From Laetmonice hystrix (lineage: Eukaryota): a stretch of 64,000 bases of DNA. The notes beneath the pieces were generated by a model, which was not told where the DNA came from, did not search any database, and saw nothing but the letters and a program-made list of their open reading frames with translations. Shown here in pieces: positions 53,345 through 64,000 of this stretch. Every line of letters begins with the position of its first letter. Within the stretch, counting starts at the first letter, position 1. The position numbers and the translations under genes were made by a program. The DNA lies in contig OZ249437.1 in NCBI GenBank assembly GCA_965235115.1, positions 25,482,001 through 25,546,000 on the forward strand, written 5' to 3'.

Positions 53345-55049
53345 TAGGGGGCTGCTCTCAAAGTGACGCCAGCGGATAGGAGGAGTGCCCCTCGGGGAGT
53401 GTGACATGGTAAAATGGGTCTCGCCATTCAGCACACCTCGGCCAGAGACTTTCCTCAGCCGAGGGGGATTCGTTTGATCCAGCAATTCCTTACAAAGCCG
53501 GCCCCAGTTGGTACCGGCAAGGAATGGTGGAGTATCTGTCTGATAAACGAGTGGTCTACTGGGTCAAGCTGGGCGACGGCGGCGTCGTTGACATAACCTG
53601 GGCTGGAAACTGGCGACGACATGAAGCTCGGAAAGATTCAGGGCGGCTGTCCAGACGACCAGACTCTTAGCGATCCGAACCGTCAGAGCGCAGGTCGGGG
53701 ACATAAAAAAAGAATAAAAAGCACACCATTCGACAGTGACCACTGTAAAGGTGACTAGATGTGATAGGAGAACACTGTCTTATAGACTGCCATATATAGA
53801 AAAAATTGCAGAAGAAAAGAAATAAAGAAAAAAACACACAATGACGTGCAGGGGCAAGAGGGGCCCTAAACGTAGGTTAAACTCCATAGGAAACACGTTT
53901 TAGTTAAGAAGAAAACACCTGTAGCTTTCCAATTCTTGTCTGAAGCATTCAACTATTATATCGAGGCGCAGACCACTTAATTCGCAGGATAATTATTGCT
54001 GCTTATCGGAGATTGCAAAAACTGAAGCGATCGATGTGCATTGTAGCCAGATATAGTCGGACCATCTCTGCCGCTTTGGGAAATCAGCGGAGATTTGGAG
54101 CCGACTCGCAGCACAGCACATTTGTCGTGGTCCAGACTGGTGAGCCGTTCAGCGGTGTGGTTCTGGCGGAGGTGGGGCGGATGGGAGTGGTGAGGCGGGC
54201 TGGCGGTGGCTTGGGACCAGCGCAACCCGATGACTGGATGAATGGCAGGATAGGGTCTTTGCATTATACAGCAGCACCCATCGTCTACCACAGACCTACA
54301 AACCGCATGATGGATGGAGCTGGGAATAATTCATCTCTATTACCTGAATGTAGGCTATCTGCCGAGAAATGCCGACGTGAAACAATAAGCAAGCAGTTCA
54401 GCCGTAATAGCGGTACGGGAAAAGTGATGAGGGTGGTGAATATCCTAGGTTCTGTTAGTGCATTACGAATGACAAGCAGTGAGTCGGTCTGTGAGCGAGG
54501 TACAAAGGCAGCAAAGTTTTGGATGGGCAACAGTTTGGATCTATAGCAACATGCATACACATGCGCGCCTGCACTCGCACAAAAGAGACGACACACACAC
54601 ACAAAAGAGACACACATCTACAGGCACAATGGTGGTCCATTGTTTTGTGGGGGTGTGTTTACATGTTGTCAAGTGTTGCCAACGTGTTCGCATCCAGTTT
54701 CTCTATAGGGTACAGAGGCATTAATATGATGAAAGGAATGGTGGGCACCGTTCTATGATTCGCATGTTCATGTGCTTGCGTAATGTATATTTGATGGCGA
54801 TGGGGATGGCGAACTAAGTCGGGATGGGATGGTAGTGGTAGCAGTCGGGGAGGGGGATGAGGAAGGGTGGTGGCTTGGGGGTGATTTGGAATAGGGTGAG
54901 GGCGGGGAGGGGGGGGGGGGCTGTTCGGGATGGGGATGTGAGGAGGGGACTCTGTAACGCTATTAAAAGCCAGGAATTATAGATCGATATACTTTGACAC
55001 CACGGTTGACCCGATGAATCATCAGGTCCCGCCAAGCGAGGGGATGGCG

Positions 55050-55050
<1 letters not shown>

Positions 55051-55097
<47 letters not shown>
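55051..55097. repeat. (CTG)15 microsatellite in the PTBP intron
   Basis: 15 uninterrupted CTG units. Confidence 0.97.
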
Positions 55098-55099
<2 letters not shown>

Positions 55100-56708
55100 C
55101 TCACTACAGAGATCACGTGGCACCGGAAATTGCGACAGTCAAGAAATAGGATTGAGCAAGAGACAGTCTGGCTGTGGTGGTCGCCCTCTGTGAAAGTGTT
55201 AGGCCAGATGTCTGTCTGTGCGCACTGATCGGCAGCAGACGTATATAATATGTGTTGGGGTCAAAGACACTCCTGGTCCCCCCCCCCGGCTTACCAAGTC
55301 AAACTTTTTACTGGTGTTAGCGGGTTTGGTTTTAACAGTGAAACAGTGAAATCGCCAGACACCTGGCCAATATGAAATTGTATGTTGAACGTTTGTGCCG
55401 GTTTGGTGGTGTGATACTTACGAAGGAGTGGCGGATATGTAATCCCTTTTTGTAAATCTGGTTTTGGGGTTGTAAGTAAAGTATGCCTACGGAGCCGAAT
55501 ATGGGACGTCAGTTCAGATTTGGCAAGGCTTTCATTCTTGATTTCCATGTAGCTAAACTGGACAGGTTTACATGGTTATGACGTCTTCAGAGTATATATA
55601 TTGGGGAGGAAAACGAGCAATGTTCTCTTTGCTTGCTGTTGGGCATACATGAACCAGATGCATAGTTCAACGTAAGTTGACCTGAGCCGTCAGATTCGAC
55701 TGCCCACAGGCTTTAGATCTCTTCACACCGCTGTTTTCTCAGACAGAGGCTCCTCAGAAGCTTAATCAGTCACCCAGGTTAATTACTCTTCATCACGAAT
55801 GAAAACGATCGTTACATACTGTTGATACTCTTGAGATACTGTGAGTACAGATTTTGAATGGTCGCTGCCCAGATCTGTCCTCGTTGCTCGTGATTGCTGT
55901 TTTTGGAGCGTTAAGTGTAGTAACTGCGACGTGGGTATCGGCATTGAGCATCGGACATTCAAATTATCAGCCTGAGTGGCTCAGCTTTGTTGAAGCCAAA
56001 CTAATGCTGGTCAGAAAGCTCGGGCAGCAAATGACCTGAACCGATTCTTGGATGAAGCAATGACGGAGCTTCATTTAACCAGGCCAAAGGAGCGCAGTGG
56101 CTGGTGCTAGCGGAGCTCGGCTCAGGTGAGGGGGGCCGTCTAGCTAAGTGCCACACCGGGAAGCCTCACAAAGTCGGCCGCGCAGGTAATAGGAGGCAGT
56201 CTGGGAGGTTTCCTGTCGCAGCAAGCGGCTGCCAGAACTGCAGGCCGAGGGTCAACTGTGTGATTTGGACGATGGTGCGATGAAAGCGGCCTGATTGGCT
56301 GTCACTGCGTGACCTCAGGCTCATTAGTGCCAGCTCAACCAGCCGAGGCATCATGACGATGGGGGACTGTTGGAGCAGTGAGGGGGTAATGTGGGCAGCA
56401 GAAAACCGAGGCAGTAGGCGCAGGACATGACATGCTGGGCTGTCCCGAGTTGGGATCAGGCGACTTGAGGATGAAAGTGGTGGAGATTGTCGCCACCAGG
56501 ATCCGAGGCAGACTGCACAGGAAGTCCCAGCGTCCGCCAGCCGGGTCGAAAGTGAACGCTAAATCGAGGCCCAAGGTTGCCACTTGGGTTAGGTTATATG
56601 AATCAGTGTCGCCGGGCTTTACCAGGGAAATACAAGGGACGTACGAAGGGGCAGTTAGCTAGGTAGAGAAACAGTTCGAGTGGACAGTGTGAGGGTTGTC
56701 AATCCAAA

Positions 56709-57660
56709 CTGACTGCCTATTTCAGGCCTTCAGAAGGCAAGATGATTCTGATAGCAGGAGGCTGACTGCCTGGGTGAGGTCAGGCAGTGGTGGCCTTCAG
56801 AAGGCAGGATGATTCTGATAGCAGGAGGCTGACTGCCTGGGTGAGGTCAGGCAGTGGTGGCCTTCAGAAGGCAGGATGATTCTGATAGCAGGAGGCTGAC
56901 TGCCTGGGTGAGGTCAGGCAGTGGTGGCCTTCAGAAGGCAGGATGATTCTGATAGCAGGAGGCTGACTGCCTGGGTGAGGTCAGGCAGTGGTGGCCTTCA
57001 GAAGGCAAGATGATTCTGATAGCAGGAGGCTGACTGCCTGGGTGAGGTCAGGCAGTGGTGGCCTTCAGAAGGCAAGATGATTCTGATAGCAGGAGGCTGA
57101 CTGCCTGGGTGAGGTCAGGCAGTGGTGGCCTTCAGGAGGCAAGATGATTCTGATAGCAGGAGGCTGACTGCCTGGGTGAGGTCAGGCAGTGGTGGCCTTC
57201 AGGAGGCAAGATGATTCTTATAGCAGGAGGCTGATTGCCTGGGTGAGGTCAGGCAGTGGTGGCCTTCAGGCTGACTGCCTGGGTGAGGTCAGGCAGTGGT
57301 GGGTGAGTTCAGGCAGTGGTGGCCTTCAGGCTGACTGCCTGGGTGAGGTCAGGCAGTGGTGGGTGAGGTCAGGCAGTGGTGGCCCTCAGAAGGCAAGATG
57401 ATTCTGATAGCAGGAGGCAGGGTACATCGCCCGTGATAACTTAAAACCCACGAAATGTGGTCGAAAATAAAAAATCCATAGCCCTGACCTTATCCCTAAC
57501 CCGGGTCCCTACACCGCCAGAAAACATATTCCCATCCCTATCCCTGACCTTAACCCGAACCCCTGCCCAATAATTTGTGGGGAAATTATCATGGGGGATT
57601 AATCGGAGGCCGACTGCCTGAGTGGGGTCAGGCAGTGGTGGCCTCAAGCCTCAAGATGAT
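56709..57660. repeat. Minisatellite, 67-bp unit: 8 full copies from 56727, two rearranged 60-bp copies, and a final copy interrupted by a MITE-like insertion
   Basis: ccttcagaaggcaagatgattctgatagcaggaggctgactgcctgggtgaggtcaggcagtggtgg starts at 56727, 56794, 56861, 56928, 56995, 57062, 57129 and 57196. Variant units begin at 57263. The repeat resumes at 57605. Confidence 0.95.
57419..57604. mobile_element. 186-bp insertion (MITE-like) with imperfect TIRs and degenerate (CCCTAA)-like internal repeats, nested in the 67-bp satellite
   Basis: Flanked by direct ggaggc (57413-57418 and 57605-57610). The left end cgcccgtgataactt..cccacgaaat resembles the reverse complement of the right end (cccccatgataatttccccacaaat). 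Internal ccctgacc, ccctaacc, ccttaacc and ccgaacc. Confidence 0.65.
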
Positions 57661-57860
57661 CAAGGAGAGATGATCTCTCCCAATTTATATCATGTTTCCA
57701 TTAAGGCTCCCCCCCCCCGATTGGTCTTATTTTTTCAGTTTGTACGGTATATGCTAAATTAAAACATTTAATTGTTTAAGTCACAAAGTCACTTCGACTT
57801 GCTGTTGATTGTTACAAGTTGTGATCGCTTCTTTATCAAATTCATGTTGTATTTCCACAG

Positions 57861-58010
57861 GTTAAACTGGAACAGAATGCCCCTGCTAAACCCAGCCGGG
57901 TGCTCCACTTCCGTGGAGTACCGGGCGACGTCACCGAAGGAGAAATATTGCACCTAGGCCTACCGTTTGGCCGCATGACAAACCTAGTGCTCGTTAAGAA
58001 GAAGAACCAG
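57861..58010 (+). CDS. PTBP: PTBP coding exon (150 nt, phase 0-0): VKLEQNAPAKPSRVLHFRGVPGDVTEGEILHLGLPFGRMTNLVLVKKKNQ, first half of RRM1
   Basis: Acceptor gtatttccacag|GTT and donor CAG|gtaaga. By eye, 25 of 39 residues match recalled human PTBP1 RRM1 ([39 protein letters not shown]). The LGLPFG and TNL...KNQ motifs are PTB-type rather than hnRNP L-type. The intron after KNQ matches the vertebrate position. Confidence 0.97.
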
Positions 58011-61000
58011 GTAAGAAATTTTGATTTCATTAAAACATGGACTCCCCCACAATATGATGTATCATTTGACGTTTACAGACCCGATTCCATTTGTTTTAAC
58101 CAATGACCATGAAGTTAGGTGGATTATACTAAAAGTAAATGCTGCTGTGTGGGAATCCAGAGCAATGTCATTCAAATTCTAAGCTTGAACAGGGGGGGGG
58201 GGGACCTGGGGGGGGGGGGGTCAAATGGACGGTGTCGATATAATCGGCAACCGGTCCATTTGTAGGGGGTCGTGTGAGTGGGAGGGGGGAGGGGCACCTG
58301 TGTGGTCCACAGGTCGGTGGTGTGACTGGTCAGGTAGAGGACATCACGGCCGGACGTGGCGCCACCTGGTGGGGCCCTCACATTGACGTCTCGCACAAGC
58401 TGTCCCGGGAGGTCACTGGCTCCTGACCCCTCATGTAGTCACATACCTTATTCTGCAGTCGTCATAAAAACGCGTGCATGCCAACTATTTTTGGCAGGTT
58501 GTGTCTTTAAATAACACTATAACACCCATAAAAAATGAGAAGGGGCAGACGTTTGACACTTTGGGTTCAGTCATCAGGCCAGCTTTTGTTTAGCCAGGGC
58601 ATAGATGGCCAGCTTTTGTTTAACCAGAACTGGCTATATTGCTTATTAGTACAGACAGAGTTGCTTTATGTTGGAGAGCAGGAGAAGAGGTCCTTTGGCC
58701 TGACATTTTCTTGTGTGTTGACATAAGTCACACAAAGATAGGATGAGCTTGGGGTCAGGTTAGTTTACCCATCCTAGCCTCAAGTGGTTTAAGAGCCCAC
58801 CAATCGAGCTGAACGAGATCGAAAAGATAAGATAAAGGTAAAACCGGTCAAGGATCTGGCTATGGTGTAGGTGATGGGAGAGCCATGTTCGGTGATAAGA
58901 CGGTGTCAGTGAGGAGATGTCGGAGCTGGTTCATCTCGGACTGAGTGCCGGTCGAGGTCGGCAAACCCGACTCTGTTGAACACCCGTTAAAACCATGCCA
59001 TTTGGGAAACACTCTGGGATGCAGTTATTTACAACTTTTGTTTATGTCCTTTCTGCGCCAGGCAAAATGAAGGGAGTAGAGTGGACTCGGGAGATATTCA
59101 CCAGGTTGTTAATACCCCTCGAGGTTTTAGCTCTGACGCGACGACCTGTACATTCTCTATCTGTTGGTTGCCCTATCCAAGAATATCCTTGGTCCAAGTT
59201 CGTTTTTAGTAGGGGGACCTCTCCATTTTGCCAACATCCCACGATCCCCTACCGGTAGTTGTTGAAGGCATGAACAGCAATCATTGACAGGGCCAGGCCC
59301 ATCATGTCGTCATAAGTGACTGGAATGTCTACAAAGGAACCTGGTTGTGGCGACCCTTTTCAAGGAACGTATTGCCTGAAGGTCTATGCAAATACAACTG
59401 GGCTTTGACCCAGCGTTGATCCCGTTTTAGCAGCGTCTCCACTGCCAAGGGGTCCAGAAGGCATGGCCACTCCCACGTATAGAGGTCGACACTAGTGCCA
59501 AACGTCCTGTTTTCCTCTACTCTACTCCTCCCACGTACGTTGATTTATTCACTGATGGTACTATTGTTTTCCGGCTGATGTAGTGCCGATTGTTTGCTGC
59601 TCCGACTTCTAACCCTTGCCATGCAGCGGGCCGGATCAATTCGGGCCCCAGCGGGAAGCCCAGCCTCGGAAATGTAAAGCATTTTGACTACGGGCACGTT
59701 TGTATTACTGCAAGGCAGATTTGAACTGCGTTTCGCTCCTCTTGCGAGTGAAGAGGCCATGGGAGGCGGGGCGGGAATGGAGGCCAGTTTAGGGGCATGA
59801 CACGTAACCAGAGGCTGCTTAATTCGGCATTGTTTCAAGGTGTTCCCCTTATAACATTATAAAGGGGCCTGAGTGGACCAGTCAATTCATTGATTATTCC
59901 AGGTAAAGTGTTGCAATGAAGTCGAGTGGATTATGCTGAGGTATTACGTGGGATTATACTTAGGCTGTGGTCAGTTTGATAATTACTGGTAGAAAGCACT
60001 AGGTTATGTCATGAACGGGGCGTGTCCAATAATACTTTCGAGATTGTGCCAACACAAATTAGGTAGAAGGGGAAAGGTTTATTTACACAAGAAAATCTCA
60101 TGCTCATGAATGAGATGATAGTATTAGCAATGGTTACATTACTGTGTTTGTGTGTGTTGGAAACAAGGCAGACATTTGCCGACAGGATTTAAAACCTTCA
60201 ATACACCACCACATTAGGTAGGCTTACCTGCCAAGAAGGTCTCGGTATCTCCTCATTACGTTATTTTGGTGAGGTAGGTCCAGTCCCCATCGTTTACTGG
60301 TGTCCAGTTGACAGCCGATGTGTGCTTCATTAGGCGTCCCAGGATTTGGGTAATAATGGAAATCTTGTCAGAACAATTCCATAAAACTATTCCACAAAAC
60401 AATGCCATAAAAGCAATTTCCTAAAAACGGATACATACGCCTTTCTCCAAAGTAGCCACATGTATATACATAGAGGTAAATTATGCGACACTAAGCCAGT
60501 CTAAAAATAGATCCGGATGTAATGGAAGGAAGCCTTGAGCTCGCCCAATGAAACCCTTTGGTACAACAGGTACAACAACTGCTCAGCCTAGCGTATGAAT
60601 AAACGAATAAATCACTTAAGTGATAAGTGATAGCGAACAAACAAACCAAAGCTTGTGATACCTTCATGTTTCGATATCAGTAACAATCTAGTTTTTCTTG
60701 CTACCCTTTTTTTTTGGGGGGGGGGGGAGGTATTGGGGTCGACTCCCATGTCCCATCTAAATGAAAGGAGTAAAGATTTAGTAAGGATGTAGACCGGCTG
60801 CGAGGTGTTGAGAGGCCAAGCTGGCTGCAGTGACTTGGATCTAAACAGGCAGAGTAAGCTGAGCAGCCGCCGAGACAGCGAGCAGGAGCTGTACACGCGC
60901 TGTGATCCTGTCCTCTGATTTCACGGCGGCCGGTGATTGGCATTCAGGGATCAACAGGCGCCTTTTAATAGGCAGATATTAAAGGCAGAGTGTCCGCCGC

Positions 61001-61876
61001 CGCCAGTTGAGGCAGTAACCTGAGGAGGCGCAGAGCAGCCATGGTTCATATTGTCGCGAGCCATCGATACTGTATCAGCAGATTAATAATAAAGCCTGGG
61101 TGGGGCTCGCCTCCCGCCTTGTCCTTGCTCACTGTATAGCTCGTCACGACCGGGCCACTTTGATAACGGACAGCTTCTCCCTCATCAGGAAATGGAAAAT
61201 AAATTTGCTGAATTTCATACACCTGTTTAAAGTTGCGTTTGCAAATTAATGCAGGGTAGGTATTGAAAGATAATACGGCCGTGAGTAACTCCTCTTTGGT
61301 TTCGTCAGGATTAATTGGTAAGTGACAGGCGAACACGCATAATATTTTTGGGGACATTAGACTAAGTCTGCTATTCTGTTATTAAAATACTGACCAAAAG
61401 TGGAGATAAGGCGAAAATGGGAGGTCTATGTTTTAGTATTCAGCACATTGAAAAGGACTGGCCGTCATGCGAAGAATTTCTTTTTTACTTTTTACGCTTC
61501 TGACTATTTTTGGGGTGGACTTCAAAATGGAATGGATTAAATTTTGTCTACTCAATCTAAACAATGCGTTCGCCCATGTTCTGTTTGCGGGTATATATGG
61601 CTAAACGTGTCAACCATAGTTAGACTCAGAGGTCATGACCTTCTTCAGAATCCAATTGACATGTCATTCTGTGTCGGTGACTGGGCCGAGAATGAGGGCC
61701 ACAGTCCGCCGCTGTACCAGCTAACATGTACGTAGTCCGATTTGCAAATCGGGAACAAGTGAAAGAGTGTTACTTTTTTTCACGATCGCAGGAAATAAAG
61801 TCACCTGCTCTTTGCTTCCTTTTCCCTTTGTTTCGTCAGTGCTGTCAGGTGAGGTGCAATAGATTTCTTCAAGTAA

Positions 61877-62131
61877 GGGGGAAATGTTTTTGGAAATAAA
61901 AAAATTCTGGTAGAAAATTTGGTGAAATAAATCAATTCTCCCTGGCCATGCCCGAAAAAATAGTGCGTTATTATTAGTATCTGGAAATAAATAATTAATC
62001 TCCTGTGCAATAAATACAATTTTGTCACGAGGGTTGAAAAAAATAATTGAGGCAGTCCATTCTTTGAAATAAAAAAACTATTCCCAAGAAAAAAACCAGC
62101 CCCCCCCCATAAATATCTAATGGTCGCCCCC
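61877..62131. mobile_element. Non-autonomous DNA transposon remnant with TAA target duplication (PIF/Harbinger-like), left TIR mostly deleted
   Basis: taa|ggggg ... ccccccataaatatctaatggtcgccccc|taa with an A-rich interior. The right end resembles invertebrate TWA-TSD MITE termini (from recall). Confidence 0.5.
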
Positions 62132-64000
62132 TAATATGTAGATGTCAGGAGATGTTGTGCGCGCTGTGGTCAAACCGATGGCTGGGTTGTCGGTGTTGGT
62201 GATGGCGTGGGATATGTCACCTCTGTGCACCTAGGATACTGCTGTCAGTGGTATTTGTGTCCGGAAGTTTTTCTCTCCTAACTGTGCTGACGTGGGAGTT
62301 GTGAGCAATTGATCATAATGTGTAGTGACGATGATAGGCCGACCCCAATGAAGTGGGACAGATCTACGAAAAGCGACAAGTGGACTACCGTTTATTGGTG
62401 TTTGGTGAGGGCAGCATCCTCACCACCTACAAGTATGGGGAATGTGCCGGGAATGTTCCCATTGTCTGATGGTAGACAGCCCACCCAGCCCCAACAAGGG
62501 ACATTGTACCAATAAACGACGGACAAGTATGCCACCAGTCTGACTTGTCCCACAGCTGACAGTCCAATCGGATCTATGAGATTTCAGGCCGTCCAGGCCC
62601 AATTATAATGTCAGTAAGTCCAGACTGTCGGGGCTATCCCTGGTATAATCAGGCCGGCAGTGCCCTACCCCGCCCCCCGAAAAAAACGATATAAGTTAGA
62701 GTGGGCTTGCAGTCATATTATTATATGAGCCATCAGTCCCCCGTCCTGACATCATCTGGCCATCACAGTGATTGCGGTTAGTTTGGTATGGTGGTGGGGA
62801 GAGACTGGAGAGATCCCTGTCCCAACCAGAGCCCTTGTGATGCGAAGCTGGTTTTGGAGGGGACATACGTACCGACCATTACAAATCACTGATATGTTGA
62901 GATGGCACGGGCATACACACAATATCTGTGGATCAACATGATGTTAAAAGTGGGGTTATCTAGAAAACAAAGTGGCCTAAAGAACTCGTGACGGACTATC
63001 TGAGATCTCGATGAGACACTCATTTAGCGGCAGCAGTTTGTTATTATATCAAAGACTACAGCGAGTAGAATGGTTTGGTAATACATGTATGTATCATATA
63101 GACAAGCTGCCTACTACTCTACCAACCGATCAATAGATATTGTAGGTTAACCAGACTAACACAAGAGCCACACCCAACTGACACTGGCAGGGTTAAAAGG
63201 TTTCTGAAAGCACCGAGATAGTGTCACATAAATGTACCAGTAGCTAGGGCCAATCTTTGCCATCTAAGTGCTTTTTGTCATTGTGCGGAGGCCAGGCTGT
63301 ATATTTAAAGGGTTCCCAGGCCAAGGTTCTAGTTCAGCCAGTGTAACGACGATAAGAGGAATGAATTTGAGAGCTAACAAAGCGGTTGGTATCCGATTAA
63401 TGGGATGATGTGGGAGAAGGTAGCAGGGTACGCCGTGAACGATCCAGCTGGACTGACTGTATGGAGCGGGATGAGGGCTGCCTGTCCGCCCCGCCTGTCT
63501 GTGTCCGCAGCCTGGGTGGGGTCAGCCGGCCGTCCACAGCCCGGCCACAGCTGACTCCACGTGACGCCACATGCACGCGCTCACCGCCCTCCCCCCGGTG
63601 ATGGCCGGGGGACGAGGACAGTGCTCAGCGGGGCCTGGATCCGGGACCCAGTCGGTACGGCCACCGTCATCCGGGCCCCTCCCCCTCCTACACTTCCGAC
63701 CTGATGGGCCGCCCCCAGCCCACAGTCACAGTGAGCACTGGTGTGGGGGTCAGACAGGTCAGGAATCTACCGCTGGTGGGTGGAGGGAAACGGGAAGGTG
63801 GAGAAAGGGGCAGAGACGGGACTAACTGAGGCAGAGACCACCGTGGCTGACTATTGACCTCTGGGTGGTCCAGCCTCCTATAGCCACTGGATGCTGCAGC
63901 TGCTGAGCCTGTCTACCTGGTTTGGCATACCTGGCCTCCTGAACCCGGCAAGTTTACTTGGGTTGCCAATATATATCTCACCAACGTACAGGTAGGTTCA

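Larger units (their letters stand above)
50227..57860 (+). other. PTBP: PTBP intron, 7634 bp, GT-AG, phase 0
   Basis: Joining the flanking exons gives the continuous reading NDAKK|VKLEQNAPAKPSRV, comparable to human DSKKFKGD...PSRV and Drosophila KKAKLE. Confidence 0.9.

Noticed and set aside
54013-54546. 177-aa + strand ORF in the PTB intron
   Set aside because: TTG-initiated, with no recognisable homology and no convincing acceptor/donor pair.
54814-55116. Minus-strand ORF with a 15-Gln tract
   Set aside because: It is a by-product of the (CTG)15 microsatellite and G-rich flank. No recognisable domain or supporting exons.
56735-56756. aggcaagatg...atagc in the 67-bp unit resembles mature miR-31 (AGGCAAGAUG...AUAGCU)
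   Set aside because: Only the first 10 nt match exactly, there is no complementary star arm or pre-miRNA hairpin, and a 10-nt hit to one of many miRNA families in 64 kb is expected by chance.
58011-64000. Search for the next PTB exon (AFxEM...)
   Set aside because: No acceptor followed by a matching peptide was found; it probably lies beyond the window.
1-64000. Autonomous transposon, LINE/LTR coding regions, rRNA or tRNA genes, and a second protein-coding gene on either strand
   Set aside because: I saw no transposase, reverse transcriptase or integrase motifs and no structural RNA signatures. Highly decayed fragments or small exons of a nested gene cannot be excluded without homology searches.

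Overview
Eukaryotic genomic DNA from an animal, probably an invertebrate bilaterian; the taxon cannot be determined from this window. There are no prokaryotic features. The window is almost entirely intronic or 5'-regulatory sequence of a + strand polypyrimidine tract-binding protein gene (PTBP/hephaestus/ptb-1 family). Two coding exons are well supported: 50122-50226 (RGSEELL...NDAKK, the NLS/PKA-site exon) and 57861-58010 (VKLEQ...SRVLHFRGVPGDVTEGEILHLGLPFGRMTNLVLVKKKNQ, first half of RRM1). They are joined by a 7634-bp phase-0 GT-AG intron. I did not find the next exon (expected to begin AF/AL...), so the gene probably continues past base 64000. The 50 kb upstream holds many GC-rich, microsatellite-bearing islands and a series of short ATG-to-donor segments in phase 0 that could be alternative first exons. 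Because the K of the conserved KRGS motif must come from the upstream exon, first-exon choice would switch the NLS/PKA site on or off. This is a hypothesis needing RNA data, and several candidates will be chance hits. Just downstream of the NLS exon lies a TACTAAC, CU-tract and AG cluster whose use would always introduce a premature stop, a candidate autoregulation module. The rest is minisatellites (35, 42, 33, 163, 57 and 67-bp units), microsatellites, homopolymer G/C runs and several MITEs. Nearly all ORFs in the supplied six-frame track are spurious. All coordinates and comparisons were made by eye; homologue sequences are recalled, not searched.
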